A stretch of 64,000 nt of DNA from positions 2,677,537 to 2,741,536 of the forward strand of contig OZ242033.1 in NCBI GenBank assembly GCA_965205155.1. The letters run 5' to 3'. Both the position numbers and the translations under genes were made by a program. The stretch is from Candidatus Aldehydirespirator sp. GTDB taxonomy: Bacteria; Actinomycetota; Acidimicrobiia; Acidimicrobiales; Aldehydirespiratoraceae. A model generated the notes under the pieces. It ran no database searches. It worked only from the letters and a program-made list of their open reading frames with translations, and was not told the DNA's origin. How positions within the stretch are numbered: the first letter of the stretch is position 1; every line of letters begins with the position of its first letter. Below, piece after piece: positions 37,101 through 45,764 of this stretch.

Positions 37101-38024
37101 GTGAGCAGCGACGAACAGGAAGACACCGGCCAGGACACCCCCGAAGCCGGCGGCGCCAGTGACGAACAGGCCCAGACCAAGCGGGCCGGCGAACTCGCCT
37201 ACTGGTCGAAGCGCAAGAATGTCGAGGGAGCGCTGAAGAACAGTTGGTTCGAGAGGTTCTACACCGACCACTTCGGCTTGAGCCGCGAGGACTACCGCGA
37301 CAAGCGGGTGCTGGACATCGGATGCGGCCCGAGGGGTTCGCTGGAGTGGGCGACCATGGCCCGGGAGCGAGTGGGCGTCGACCCGATCGCCAACGAGTAC
37401 CTGCAGATGGGAGCGGCCGAACACGCCATGACCTACGTCGCGGCGGGCGCCGAGTCCATCCCGTTCCCCGACCATAGCTTCGACATCGTCTGCTCGTTCA
37501 ACTCGCTCGACCATGTGGACGACCTGGATGCATCAATCGCCGAGTTGAAGCGGCTGACCGCGGTTGGGGGGCTCTTGCTCGTGCTCACCGACGTCCACGA
37601 CGAGCCGACGCCCCAGGAACCGGTCTGCTTCGACTGGAGCGTGGTCGAGCTGTTCGCGCCGGAGTTCGCCGTCCAGTCCCTCCGCTGTTGCGAGAAGCAG
37701 GGCGGCGGCGCATATCAGAGCGCTGAGCAGGGCATCTTCTTCAACCATGCCGACTCTCGCCAGCGCTACGGCGTGCTGTCGGCGAGGTTCGTGCGCGTCG
37801 AGGCCCCTGAGGCCGAAGCCCCACCGAGCCCCGAGGAGGCGGACTCGGCGATCGGTCGCATGCTGATCACCCTGGGGGAGCGGGCCCGCACCAGCCAGCC
37901 GCTCAAGGACGCGGAGTCTGCCGCCGGCCGGCTTCTTCACGGCGCCCGGGCGCGGGCGCGAGGAAGCGCGGGCCGGCTGCTTCAAGCAGCGCGCCGCCGT
38001 GGTGGCCGGCATGCCCGCAGGTAG
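37101..38024 (+). CDS. Class I SAM-dependent methyltransferase with a basic C-terminal tail
   Basis: VLDIGCGPRG, GVDP, AESIPFPDHSFD, NSLDH; RBS GAGGAG. Confidence 0.8.
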   Translation: MSSDEQEDTGQDTPEAGGASDEQAQTKRAGELAYWSKRKNVEGALKNSWFERFYTDHFGLSREDYRDKRVLDIGCGPRGSLEWATMARERVGVDPIANEYLQMGAAEHAMTYVAAGAESIPFPDHSFDIVCSFNSLDHVDDLDASIAELKRLTAVGGLLLVLTDVHDEPTPQEPVCFDWSVVELFAPEFAVQSLRCCEKQGGGAYQSAEQGIFFNHADSRQRYGVLSARFVRVEAPEAEAPPSPEEADSAIGRMLITLGERARTSQPLKDAESAAGRLLHGARARARGSAGRLLQAARRRGGRHARR

Positions 38025-38039
38025 CATCGGGCAGCCCAC

Positions 38040-38124
38040 GTCGGAGTGGCGGAATTGGCAGACGCGCTAGCTTGAGGGGCTAGTGCCCAGTATGGGCGTG
38101 GGGGTTCAAGTCCCCCCTCCGACA
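38040..38124 (+). tRNA. tRNA-Leu(GAG)
   Basis: Acceptor GTCGGAG/CTCCGAC, D-loop GGAATTGGCAGAC, anticodon arm CTAGC-TTGAGGG-GCTAG, long variable arm, GGGGG-TTCAAGT-CCCCC; CCA not encoded. Confidence 0.97.
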
Positions 38125-38228
38125 CTCAGCAGGATCAACAAGGCGCTGGGCACGACCGGATCCTAACCGAACGTCGCCCGCGGCCGTACCGAAGTGGGGT
38201 GCGCCGCCGATGTCGCCCGGGTTGCAAA

Positions 38229-38247
38229 AATGAGACTCATTCTCATT
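38229..38247. promoter_or_regulatory. Zur/Fur-family box overlapping the promoter of the metal-binding lipoprotein
   Basis: AATGAGACTCATTCTCATT (7-1-7 core TGAGACT-C-ATTCTCA) between TTGCAA (38222) and TATGAT (38247). Confidence 0.8.
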
Positions 38248-38285
38248 ATGATAGGTACCGCCTGCACCACCGAAGGAGCGTTGCC

Positions 38286-39620
38286 GTGCAACACAGGACG
38301 AGAGTTCAGAGCCATCCTTGCCGAGTTTCCGCAAGATCATCATGGAACCGCTGCTGGATGCTGGCCTTGGCAGCTCTGGTGGCAGCGGCTTGCTCGGGAG
38401 ACCCCTCGCCCGAGCCGCCGAGCGCAGATGCTGAGACGCCGACGATCCTGGCCACCACCAGCATCTGGGCCGACGTAGTGTCCAATGTGGCCTGCGACGG
38501 GCTGGCCGAGGTGGTGACCATCATCCCGGTCGGCGGCGATCCGCACGGTTACGAGCCCTCGCTGCAGGACACCGAGCGCATGACCAACGCGTCGCTCGTG
38601 GTGGCCAACGGCCTGACGCTGGAGGGGCGCCTGGAGGACACTCTCGAAGCGGTGGCGGCGTCCGGCACTCCGGTACTCGAGTTCGCCGCAGTCATGGACC
38701 CCATCCCGTTCGAAGGCCACGCAGACGAAGGCCACATGGGCCACGAAGACGAAGGCCACGACGACCACGACGACGAAGGCCACGACGACCACGACGACGA
38801 AGGCCACGAAGGCCACGACGACCACGACGACGAAGGCCACGACGACCACGACGACGAAGGCCACGACGACGAAGGCCACGACGACGAAGGCCACGACGAC
38901 CACGACGACGAAGGCCACGACGACGAAGGCCACGACGACGAAGGCCACGACGACGAAGGCCACGACGACGAAGGCCACGACGACGAAGGCCACGACGACG
39001 AAGGCCACGAAGGCCACGACGACGAAGGCCACGACGACGAAGGCCACGACGACGAAGGCCACGAAGGCCACGACGACCACGCCCACGGATCGGAAGATCC
39101 GCACGTGTGGATGGACCCCCACCGCGTGGCCGAGGCGCTGCCAGTCCTCGCCCAGGCACTGACAGCCGACGCCGGCCTCGACCCGGCCGCGGTCGAAGCG
39201 TGCCTGAACAGCTACCGGGCTGAGCTGGAGGCGGTGGACGCCGAGATCGCCGCCAAGGTTGAGCAGCTACCCGCCGAGAGCCGCAAGCTGGTCACCAACC
39301 ACGACGCGTTCGGGTACTACGCGGCCCGGTACGGATTCGAGGTCATCGGCACGGTCATCCCGTCACTGTCGAGCATGGCAGAGGCCAATCCCGCCGGGCT
39401 CGAGGAGCTGGCCGAGATCATCGAGCACGAGGGCATCAAAGCCATCTTCGCCGAGACCCAGCACTCCGGCGACGACATCCAGGCCCTGGCCGCCCATGTG
39501 GGCGATGTCGATGTGGTCACCCTCTACACCGGCAGCCTCGGACCTCCTGGCAGCGGCGCAGAGACCTACACCGGATACCTGCGGACCAACACCGACCTGA
39601 TCGTCGACTCCCTCAACTGA
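38286..39620 (+). CDS. ZnuA/TroA-family metal ABC substrate-binding lipoprotein with a very long His/Asp insert
   Basis: Lipobox VAAAC; [30 protein letters not shown]; RBS AAGGAG before GTG 38286. Confidence 0.9.
   Translation: MQHRTRVQSHPCRVSARSSWNRCWMLALAALVAAACSGDPSPEPPSADAETPTILATTSIWADVVSNVACDGLAEVVTIIPVGGDPHGYEPSLQDTERMTNASLVVANGLTLEGRLEDTLEAVAASGTPVLEFAAVMDPIPFEGHADEGHMGHEDEGHDDHDDEGHDDHDDEGHEGHDDHDDEGHDDHDDEGHDDEGHDDEGHDDHDDEGHDDEGHDDEGHDDEGHDDEGHDDEGHDDEGHEGHDDEGHDDEGHDDEGHEGHDDHAHGSEDPHVWMDPHRVAEALPVLAQALTADAGLDPAAVEACLNSYRAELEAVDAEIAAKVEQLPAESRKLVTNHDAFGYYAARYGFEVIGTVIPSLSSMAEANPAGLEELAEIIEHEGIKAIFAETQHSGDDIQALAAHVGDVDVVTLYTGSLGPPGSGAETYTGYLRTNTDLIVDSLN
38712..39086 (+). repeat. 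Compound 9/15-bp tandem repeat encoding ([11 protein letters not shown])n
   Basis: Near-perfect gaaggccac/gacgac/cacgacgac modules over ~375 bp, in frame. Confidence 0.95.
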
Positions 39621-39662
39621 GCCGGGCTAGAACGTCCCGCCACGGAGTCTCCGAAACGACGT

Positions 39663-40001
39663 TCAGTGGTTGAGCAGCGTCTTGACGACTGAGGCGACCT
39701 GGAGGCTCGCGCTGGAATCGATCTGACCCAGGCGATGCACGAGGCGACGGCAGTTGATCGATCGGATCAACTCACACTGGGCGTAGCTGGTCTCGTCGAG
39801 ACCTGTCTCTCCCCCCGGCTCGATCTCGACATGTAGCGAGAGCCCCCGCCGGGCTGTCGTCAGCGGTGCCACGATCACAAACGGGAAGTTGGGACCGAAC
39901 GTGTCCGGCGGCCCGAGAACGAGCGCCGGACGAGTGATGGCAGGCTCACCCGGGTACGGATCCCCGAAGTCGACCAGCCACAGATCGTCAACCGACGCCA
40001 T
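39663..40001 (-). CDS. mazF: PemK/MazF-family toxin
   Basis: LWLVDFGDPYPGEP..RPALV, VAPLTT, AQCELIRSI..RL..RLG. Confidence 0.85.
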   Translation of the reverse strand: MASVDDLWLVDFGDPYPGEPAITRPALVLGPPDTFGPNFPFVIVAPLTTARRGLSLHVEIEPGGETGLDETSYAQCELIRSINCRRLVHRLGQIDSSASLQVASVVKTLLNH

Positions 40002-40224
40002 CGGTCACCGATGTAGTCTCGGCATCGGCCAGATAGGACGCCCACGCCTCGGGATCGCTGCGCAGCTCGGCCATCTCGGCTGTCACGCGTCGACCGAACC
40101 GCTGGCGCCGGAGCGCCTCGACCGCGTCCCGCACCGTGTCGATGAGCGAGGCGCCCACTGCATCGCTGAGCTCGACGAGACGGGCGTGAGTGTCGGTGTC
40201 GATGCGGATCGTGGTGGTAGCCAT
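39988..40224 (-). CDS. Antitoxin of the MazF-type pair (RHH-like)
   Basis: MATTTIRIDTDTHARL, acidic C-terminus, overlaps the toxin start; TAGACT 7 nt before ATG. Confidence 0.75.
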   Translation of the reverse strand: MATTTIRIDTDTHARLVELSDAVGASLIDTVRDAVEALRRQRFGRRVTAEMAELRSDPEAWASYLADAETTSVTDGVG

Positions 40225-40264
40225 ACATCTGAGTCTACATTTTGCATGCATATCTGTCTACAGC

Positions 40265-40324
40265 TTGGCCCTGGCCCGGACGCTGCCCGACGAGTTGCAG
40301 GAGCTGATGGGGTACTCCCACTGA
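40265..40324 (+). pseudogene. Possible 3' remnant of a PhyH-family dioxygenase gene
   Basis: Reads LALARTLPDELQELMGYSH*, resembling PhyH-family C-termini; no upstream gene body. Confidence 0.3.
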
Positions 40325-40381
40325 TCTGGCGGGGGCCTGGAGGGATAGAGTCAGACGGGACAAGTACCGAAGGGGAGGACT

Positions 40382-40666
40382 ATGCGGCGCTTCGTCATCG
40401 AACGGGACATACCTGATATCGGCTCTGCCGAACGGGAGCAGCTGCGGGCCGCAGCCGGGCAATCCAACTCGGTCCTGCAGGCAATGCAGTCCGAGGGCAA
40501 GGCCATCCAGTGGGAGCACAGCTACGTGGCCGGCGACAAGACCTTCTGCATCTACGTCTGCAACGACGCCGAACTGATCGACGAGCATGCAGAGCGCAGC
40601 GGGTTCCCGGCCACGGTGGTGACCGAGGTCAGCAAGATCATCGACCCGACGACCGAGAAGCCCTAG
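40382..40666 (+). CDS. DUF4242-family protein
   Basis: MRRFVIERDIP..IQWEHSYV..KTFCIY..HAERSGFPA; RBS GGGGAGG. Confidence 0.85.
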   Translation: MRRFVIERDIPDIGSAEREQLRAAAGQSNSVLQAMQSEGKAIQWEHSYVAGDKTFCIYVCNDAELIDEHAERSGFPATVVTEVSKIIDPTTEKP

Positions 40667-41013
40667 CCCGCAGCCCGCTCGGGCGGGTCCGATGTCAGGT
40701 AGGCCGGGATGTCCCTTCGGGCGTGCAGGACACGCCAGATGTCGACGCGGTCGTCGTCGGGCACGTAGAAGATGAGGTACGGGAACCTCCGCAAAGACCA
40801 ACTGCGCAGCTCTGGGATCTCCAGTTCAAAGGCGAATCGGAGCGAGCCGATGCGCGGATGGCGGCGGAGACGGTCGATCGCGGCTTCGAGCGCGTCGACG
40901 AAGTCGAGTGCGGCCTTCGAGCCGGCTTGGTCGCGGTAATGAGCCACGGCCGCTTCGATGTCGGCGGCCGCCGGGGCGCGAAGACTGACTTGCGCCGACG
41001 CGAGTTCAGACGT
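40663..41013 (-). CDS. parE: RelE/ParE-family toxin (no nearby canonical start; ACG at 41013)
   Basis: AAADIEAAVAHY..AALDF..HPRIGS..LRSWSLRRFPYLIFY..RVLHARRDI. Confidence 0.8.
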   Translation of the reverse strand, partial: TSELASAQVSLRAPAAADIEAAVAHYRDQAGSKAALDFVDALEAAIDRLRRHPRIGSLRFAFELEIPELRSWSLRRFPYLIFYVPDDDRVDIWRVLHARRDIPAYLTSDPPERAAG

Positions 41014-41239
41014 CGGTGCGGGCCTGGTCTCGGAGTGACGCGAAGTAGGTGGCGTCCGCGTTGGCGACGACGGGAGCGCGGGCTCCTTCGAGGAGAGCGG
41101 CACGGAGCTGGCGTCGATCGTGGTCCCGCCGGATCAGATCTCGCACATACTCGCTGGTCGATCCGTAGTTGCCGTGATCGACCTGGGAGTCGACGAAACT
41201 CTTGAGATCGTCCGGGAGCGACACATTCATCGTAGTCAC
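41006..41239 (-). CDS. parD: ParD-like antitoxin (CC2985/RHH family)
   Basis: MTTMNVSLPDDLKSFV..GNYGSTSEYVRDLIRRD..LLEG. Confidence 0.9.
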   Translation of the reverse strand: MTTMNVSLPDDLKSFVDSQVDHGNYGSTSEYVRDLIRRDHDRRQLRAALLEGARAPVVANADATYFASLRDQARTDV

Positions 41240-41258
41240 AGCCTCCGAGTGTACCGCT

Positions 41259-41275
41259 TTGGCAAACTTTGCCAA
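41259..41275. promoter_or_regulatory. Palindromic operator of parDE
   Basis: TTGGCAAA-C-TTTGCCAA just upstream of the minus-strand -10 TACACT. Confidence 0.75.
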
Positions 41276-41311
41276 GACCAACGAGTGACCGTCCTCCAAT
41301 CCGGTCAGGAG

Positions 41312-41914
41312 TCAGTGGGCGTTCACCAGCACCGCGTCGGGTCCGACGGCTCCGGTCCAGCAGTACAGCAACACGGTCGGCGTGGCGCCGAAGTCCTGGC
41401 TGTGCACCTGCCAGGGTGCGTGGTGGACGGCGTCGCCCGGCCGGGTAGTGCGCCTGTTTTCGTCGCAGCCGCTGAACGACGGCTCTCCGGCCAGGACGTG
41501 GTACAGCTCCTCGGCCTCGTGCTTGTGGGCGGGGTAGTGCAGGTGCGGGCCCCACAGGCCGATCCCGACCCTCACGGCGGGGTGCTCGACGATCGCGTTC
41601 GGGCCCACGAACTGCACGTAGCCGTAGTTGTCGAGGTAGTCCTGGCTCAACACGTCGAGGTAGCCGACGGTCTGGTGCCACGGCAGGACCGGAGCGAGAC
41701 GCAGGAACTCCTCCAGGATCGCATCGATGGCCGCATCGCCGCTGGGTTCGACCGCGTCGAGGTGCCGCACCACCGGGAGGAATCGAGGCTCGATGCCGGC
41801 GGGACCGAGGGCGTTGTCGAGCGCTTCGAGCACCGGCGCGACCATCGGGAACTCCGGGACCACTGGGCGGCTCCGGTGGAACTCAGCGATCCGCCGGAGC
41901 AGCCCGTCGATCAC
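41312..41914 (-). CDS. DMSP-lyase-family cupin (DddQ/DddL-like)
   Basis: YPAHKHEAEELYHVLAG, HHAPWQVH, YGYVQFVGP, YCWTG. Confidence 0.7.
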   Translation of the reverse strand: MIDGLLRRIAEFHRSRPVVPEFPMVAPVLEALDNALGPAGIEPRFLPVVRHLDAVEPSGDAAIDAILEEFLRLAPVLPWHQTVGYLDVLSQDYLDNYGYVQFVGPNAIVEHPAVRVGIGLWGPHLHYPAHKHEAEELYHVLAGEPSFSGCDENRRTTRPGDAVHHAPWQVHSQDFGATPTVLLYCWTGAVGPDAVLVNAH

Positions 41915-41926
41915 GCCGCGCTCCAG

Positions 41927-42448
41927 CTAGGAGGCAACGGGTTCGAGTTCGAACAGACGGAATTCGCGATCGGTGACGGCTACGTACCGGGTCCAGACGG
42001 GGAACCAGGTCACCGCGGTCTGCCATCGCTGCTCGCGCTCGGCGCCCTCCAGCAGACGGGCACTCACCCGCGTCCGCTTGCCCCGGAACACGATCTCGGC
42101 ATCGGGGTTGGCGATGAGGTTGGCCGTCCAGGCCGGATGGTGCTCGCGCGCGAAGTTGCTGCCCACCAGCAGGAACCGGCCCCCTTCCAGCGGGACGGCG
42201 CCCAGCGGCGTCTCCCGTAGCCGACCCGTCCTGGCGCCTCTCGTGGTGAGCATGAGCATGGGCTGCGCCGGGGTGTCGAGCAGCGTGCGGCCCCCGGTGA
42301 GCCGGTTGATGGCCCGGTGGAGCGGAGGGATGACGCGGGGGCCGATGATGCGGAAGGGCCGCGACACCAGCAGGCGACCAGATCCGCGGAACCCCTTCGG
42401 TGGCGCCGGCGGCCGGCCGGGGTCGGATTCGCCTGGCTCGTTGTCCAT
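41927..42448 (-). CDS. Deazaflavin (F420)-dependent nitroreductase family protein
   Basis: LTTRGARTGRLRETPL, GSNFAREHHPAWTANLIANP, REFRLF; start uncertain (ATG 42448 or TTG 42490). Confidence 0.85.
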   Translation of the reverse strand: MDNEPGESDPGRPPAPPKGFRGSGRLLVSRPFRIIGPRVIPPLHRAINRLTGGRTLLDTPAQPMLMLTTRGARTGRLRETPLGAVPLEGGRFLLVGSNFAREHHPAWTANLIANPDAEIVFRGKRTRVSARLLEGAEREQRWQTAVTWFPVWTRYVAVTDREFRLFELEPVAS

Positions 42449-42490
42449 CCGGCGTGGACCGTACCAGCGGACAGGCTCGGTGCCCGGCAA

Positions 42491-43279
42491 CTACAGCGAG
42501 GCCACGCCGATCGCGGAGGCCGCCACCACCGCGAAGCCGAAGACCATCTGGCCGATGCCGATGATCTTCACCGGGGCGACCGGCCGGCGCCGGCGGACAC
42601 CCTGAACCACCACAAGGGCAACCAAGGCGACCGCACCGACGATGAGTCGCTCGTCGACTGCCACCGCAGCCACGGCGAGCGCCACGGACGCCATGTCTGT
42701 GAGCACGGTCAGGCGCGGCTGCCGGTCCCGCTCGTGCAGGCGGTCGATCTGGGCTCGAACGTGAGGGATGGAGGTGGTCACCCGGGCCGCGAGGATCAGC
42801 CACAGTCCCGCGGCGAGACGAGGATCGCCGTCACCGGCGATGACGACCGCGGCGGCCACCGCCGCGATGGCCACCGCTCCAGTGAGCTCGGGCACCAGGC
42901 GGCGCCGGCGTGAGCGGATGTCGTAGGCGAGCTCCACCGCGACCAAGGGAGCGGCCGCTACCGCGGGGATCCACCAGCGGCTGTCAGCGGCCATGATCGC
43001 GGCCACGGCAACCAGAGCCGCTAGAAGGACCAGTTCGGCCGCGGCGACGCGCTCGGCCAGACGGGTGCGGGGCAGGCGGCGGTGCCTGCGGCGGTCGACG
43101 AGAGCCAACTCGAGCGGGGTCCGCAGCACGAACAACACGAGGGCGGCCACCGCCAGGCACGCCCCGGCCAGGCTCGGAGCGACCAGCAGCCCGAGCAGAC
43201 CCGGCTCGATGGTCAGACCCCACCCGCCGTGCTCGGACGGCATGGCCACGGCGCGGATCGGGTTGCGGGCGTTGTCCAT
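42491..43279 (-). CDS. YwiC-like membrane protein
   Basis: PSEHGGWG N-terminal motif, about 8 TM helices. Confidence 0.75.
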   Translation of the reverse strand: MDNARNPIRAVAMPSEHGGWGLTIEPGLLGLLVAPSLAGACLAVAALVLFVLRTPLELALVDRRRHRRLPRTRLAERVAAAELVLLAALVAVAAIMAADSRWWIPAVAAAPLVAVELAYDIRSRRRRLVPELTGAVAIAAVAAAVVIAGDGDPRLAAGLWLILAARVTTSIPHVRAQIDRLHERDRQPRLTVLTDMASVALAVAAVAVDERLIVGAVALVALVVVQGVRRRRPVAPVKIIGIGQMVFGFAVVAASAIGVASL

Positions 43280-43302
43280 TCGCTCTCCGGTTGCCGGCTA
43301 GG

Positions 43303-45585
43303 TCACTGGTGGCGCATGACTTCGTCGAGAATGTCGTCGAGGCCGGGGAGGCTCGACGTGTCGGTGTCGATCACGATCCGTTTGAGCCCGGCCATCCGCA
43401 GCGGCGGCTCGTACTCGTCGCTGACCGGGAACGGAGTGCTGTAGCCGACCGTGGTCCAGGTGCCGTTGGCGGTGGAGATGAAGGGGATGGTGGCGTCGAT
43501 GGTCGCCGATCCCAGTGACGACCCGTCGGCGAACTGCTCGACCGTGCTGCCGCCGTCCGTCTCGGCGATCCTCAACCCGAGCTCAGTAGCACCCGCCGGC
43601 CGGGGCACGGCGAACCGGCGGAGTCCGCGATCGGGCGCGTGGACGAACGCCACGAGCTCGTCGCCGAGAGCCGCCCACGCCCATCCGGCAGTCCAGTTGC
43701 CATGCTCGACGATCACCCCGTCGCCATCGCCGAGCGGGCCGTCGAACTCGGCCGCGATGTTGAGCCCGCCGAAGATCAACGGGCCGGCCTGGAAGTTCAT
43801 GCGGTCCCCGGCGCGGAGCTCGTAGCTGCGCCGGTACCCCGCGAAGGGCATGTGAATGAGGTGCGGGTTCTGTAGGTACGCCGGGCCGTCCTGGAGCGGG
43901 AGCACGTCGTTCCGCTCGGCCTCCGCATCCCAACGGGCTCGAAGCTCGGCCAGGCGCTCGGGGTGGGTCTCGGCCAGGTCGGTGGACTCGGCGAAGTCCC
44001 GGTCGGAGTCGAACAGCATCCACTCATCGGCACGGAAGTCGACGCTGCCGTCGATCACGTCCCGCTCGTGCGGGTTGAACTGGTTGACATGGTTGGTCAC
44101 GGCCTTCCAGCCGTCGTGGTAGATGGCCCGGCTGCCCCAGCACTCGTAGTACTGGGTGGTGCGGAACTCGGGTGAGCCGGCGTCCGCGATCGACGGGACC
44201 ATGGACCGGCCGTCAACCGACATCTGCGGGACGCTGCGCACCGACGCCGGCATCTCGACGTCGAGCAGGTCGAGCACGGTCGGCAGGACGTCGATGGCGT
44301 GGCAGTACTGGGAGCGCAACCCCCCGGGATCGCTGATCGCGGCGGGCCAGCGGACGATCAGCGGGTCGCGGACGCCGCCTTCCAGGGTGTAGCGCTTCCA
44401 GCGCCGCAGAGGTGTGTTGCCGGCGTGAGCCCATCCCCACGGATAGTGGCTGTAGCCGCGGTGGCCGCCTGCGGTGTCCACCGTTTCCTTCAGCCGGTCG
44501 AGCGACTCGAGGCCTTCGTTGATCTGGGTCAGGTGGTTGGTCGAGCCGTGGGGTCCGCCCTCACCCGACGCGCCGTTGTCGGACATCACCATGACGATGG
44601 TGTTGTCGAGTTCGCCGAGATCGTCGAGACAGTCGATGATCCGGCCGAGTTGCGCATCGGTGTGGGTCAGGTAGCCGGCGAACACCTCCTGGAGCCGGGC
44701 GTACAGCCGCTTGGTGCTGGCGTCGATGCCGTCCCACGCCTCGATCCAGTCCGGCCGCGGGCTCAACTCGGTGCCCTCCGGCACCACGCCGAGCTCGATC
44801 TGGCGAGCCAGAGTGCGCTCCCGCAGCGCATCCCAGCCGTCGTCGAACGCTCCTTCGTACGGCTTGATCCACTCATCGTGCACATGGTGCGGGGCGTGGA
44901 CCGCCGCGGTGGGCCAAAAGAGCATGAACGGTCGGCTGGGCTGGTGCAGCCGCAGTTCGCGGATCATCCCGATGGCCTCGTCGGCCATGTCCTCGGTGAA
45001 GTGGTAGCCCTCCTCCGGCGTCCGGGGCGGGTCGACGTAGCTCTGGTCGCGCACCAGATCGGGGGTCCACTGCGACTCCTCGCCGCCGAGGAAGCCGTAG
45101 TACCGGTCGAATCCCTGCCCGGTGGGCCAGGTGTGGAACGGCCCGCCGGGGCCACGATGGTCGCGGGGCGTGAGGTGCCACTTGCCGACGGCCCACGTCA
45201 CCCAGCCCGACTCGCGGAGCAGGGCCGGAAGGGTGGCGGCCTCGGGCGGGATCACGCTCGTGTAGCCGGGGAACGAGAGCGGCAGGTCGGGGAACACTCC
45301 CATGCCGACGCGGTGGTGGTTGCGACCGGTGAGGACGCAGGCTCGGGTGGGCGAGCAGAACGCGGTGGTGTGGAAGTTGGTGTACCGCAACCCCTCGGCG
45401 GCCAGCCGGTCGATGGTGGGGGTGGCGATCGGGCTGCCGTAGCACCCGAGTTGGGCGAAGCCGCAGTCGTCGAGCACGACCAGCAGGACGTTGGGACCGC
45501 CCGGGCGGAATGGACTCGGAGGACGTGATGCCGACGACTCGGCCAATGTCAGCCCGATCTGCATCTCAGGATCGCTATCAGACAT
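43303..45585 (-). CDS. Arylsulfatase (Cys-type)
   Basis: PNVLLVVLDD, CSPTR..LTGR formylglycine motif, GKWHL, SDNG. Confidence 0.92.
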   Translation of the reverse strand: MSDSDPEMQIGLTLAESSASRPPSPFRPGGPNVLLVVLDDCGFAQLGCYGSPIATPTIDRLAAEGLRYTNFHTTAFCSPTRACVLTGRNHHRVGMGVFPDLPLSFPGYTSVIPPEAATLPALLRESGWVTWAVGKWHLTPRDHRGPGGPFHTWPTGQGFDRYYGFLGGEESQWTPDLVRDQSYVDPPRTPEEGYHFTEDMADEAIGMIRELRLHQPSRPFMLFWPTAAVHAPHHVHDEWIKPYEGAFDDGWDALRERTLARQIELGVVPEGTELSPRPDWIEAWDGIDASTKRLYARLQEVFAGYLTHTDAQLGRIIDCLDDLGELDNTIVMVMSDNGASGEGGPHGSTNHLTQINEGLESLDRLKETVDTAGGHRGYSHYPWGWAHAGNTPLRRWKRYTLEGGVRDPLIVRWPAAISDPGGLRSQYCHAIDVLPTVLDLLDVEMPASVRSVPQMSVDGRSMVPSIADAGSPEFRTTQYYECWGSRAIYHDGWKAVTNHVNQFNPHERDVIDGSVDFRADEWMLFDSDRDFAESTDLAETHPERLAELRARWDAEAERNDVLPLQDGPAYLQNPHLIHMPFAGYRRSYELRAGDRMNFQAGPLIFGGLNIAAEFDGPLGDGDGVIVEHGNWTAGWAWAALGDELVAFVHAPDRGLRRFAVPRPAGATELGLRIAETDGGSTVEQFADGSSLGSATIDATIPFISTANGTWTTVGYSTPFPVSDEYEPPLRMAGLKRIVIDTDTSSLPGLDDILDEVMRHQ

Positions 45586-45764
45586 CGGTCGCCAGTCGCT
45601 CCCTTCAGGTCTCGGGGCAGGGTATCGAAGGCGACTCTGAGGCTTGCAGGCTCATGGCCCCAGAGTCCATGCGGCGCGGTGAGTGGAGTTCGTGTCCGAG
45701 GCTTCCACGCGACACCATGGAGAGGTCAGGATTCAAGTTCAGGCTGAGGAGACGGGAGCCTTCC

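Noticed and set aside
38712-39086. Repeat array as a possible CRISPR
   Set aside because: No unique spacers; the units are codon-phased inside a CDS; no cas genes.
38340-39159. Minus-strand ORFs reading (VVVAF)n and (RRRGL)n
   Set aside because: Antisense shadows of the His/Asp repeat in the ZnuA-like gene.
38040-41300. Integrative element or prophage at tRNA-Leu
   Set aside because: No integrase, phage genes or att duplication visible in the window.
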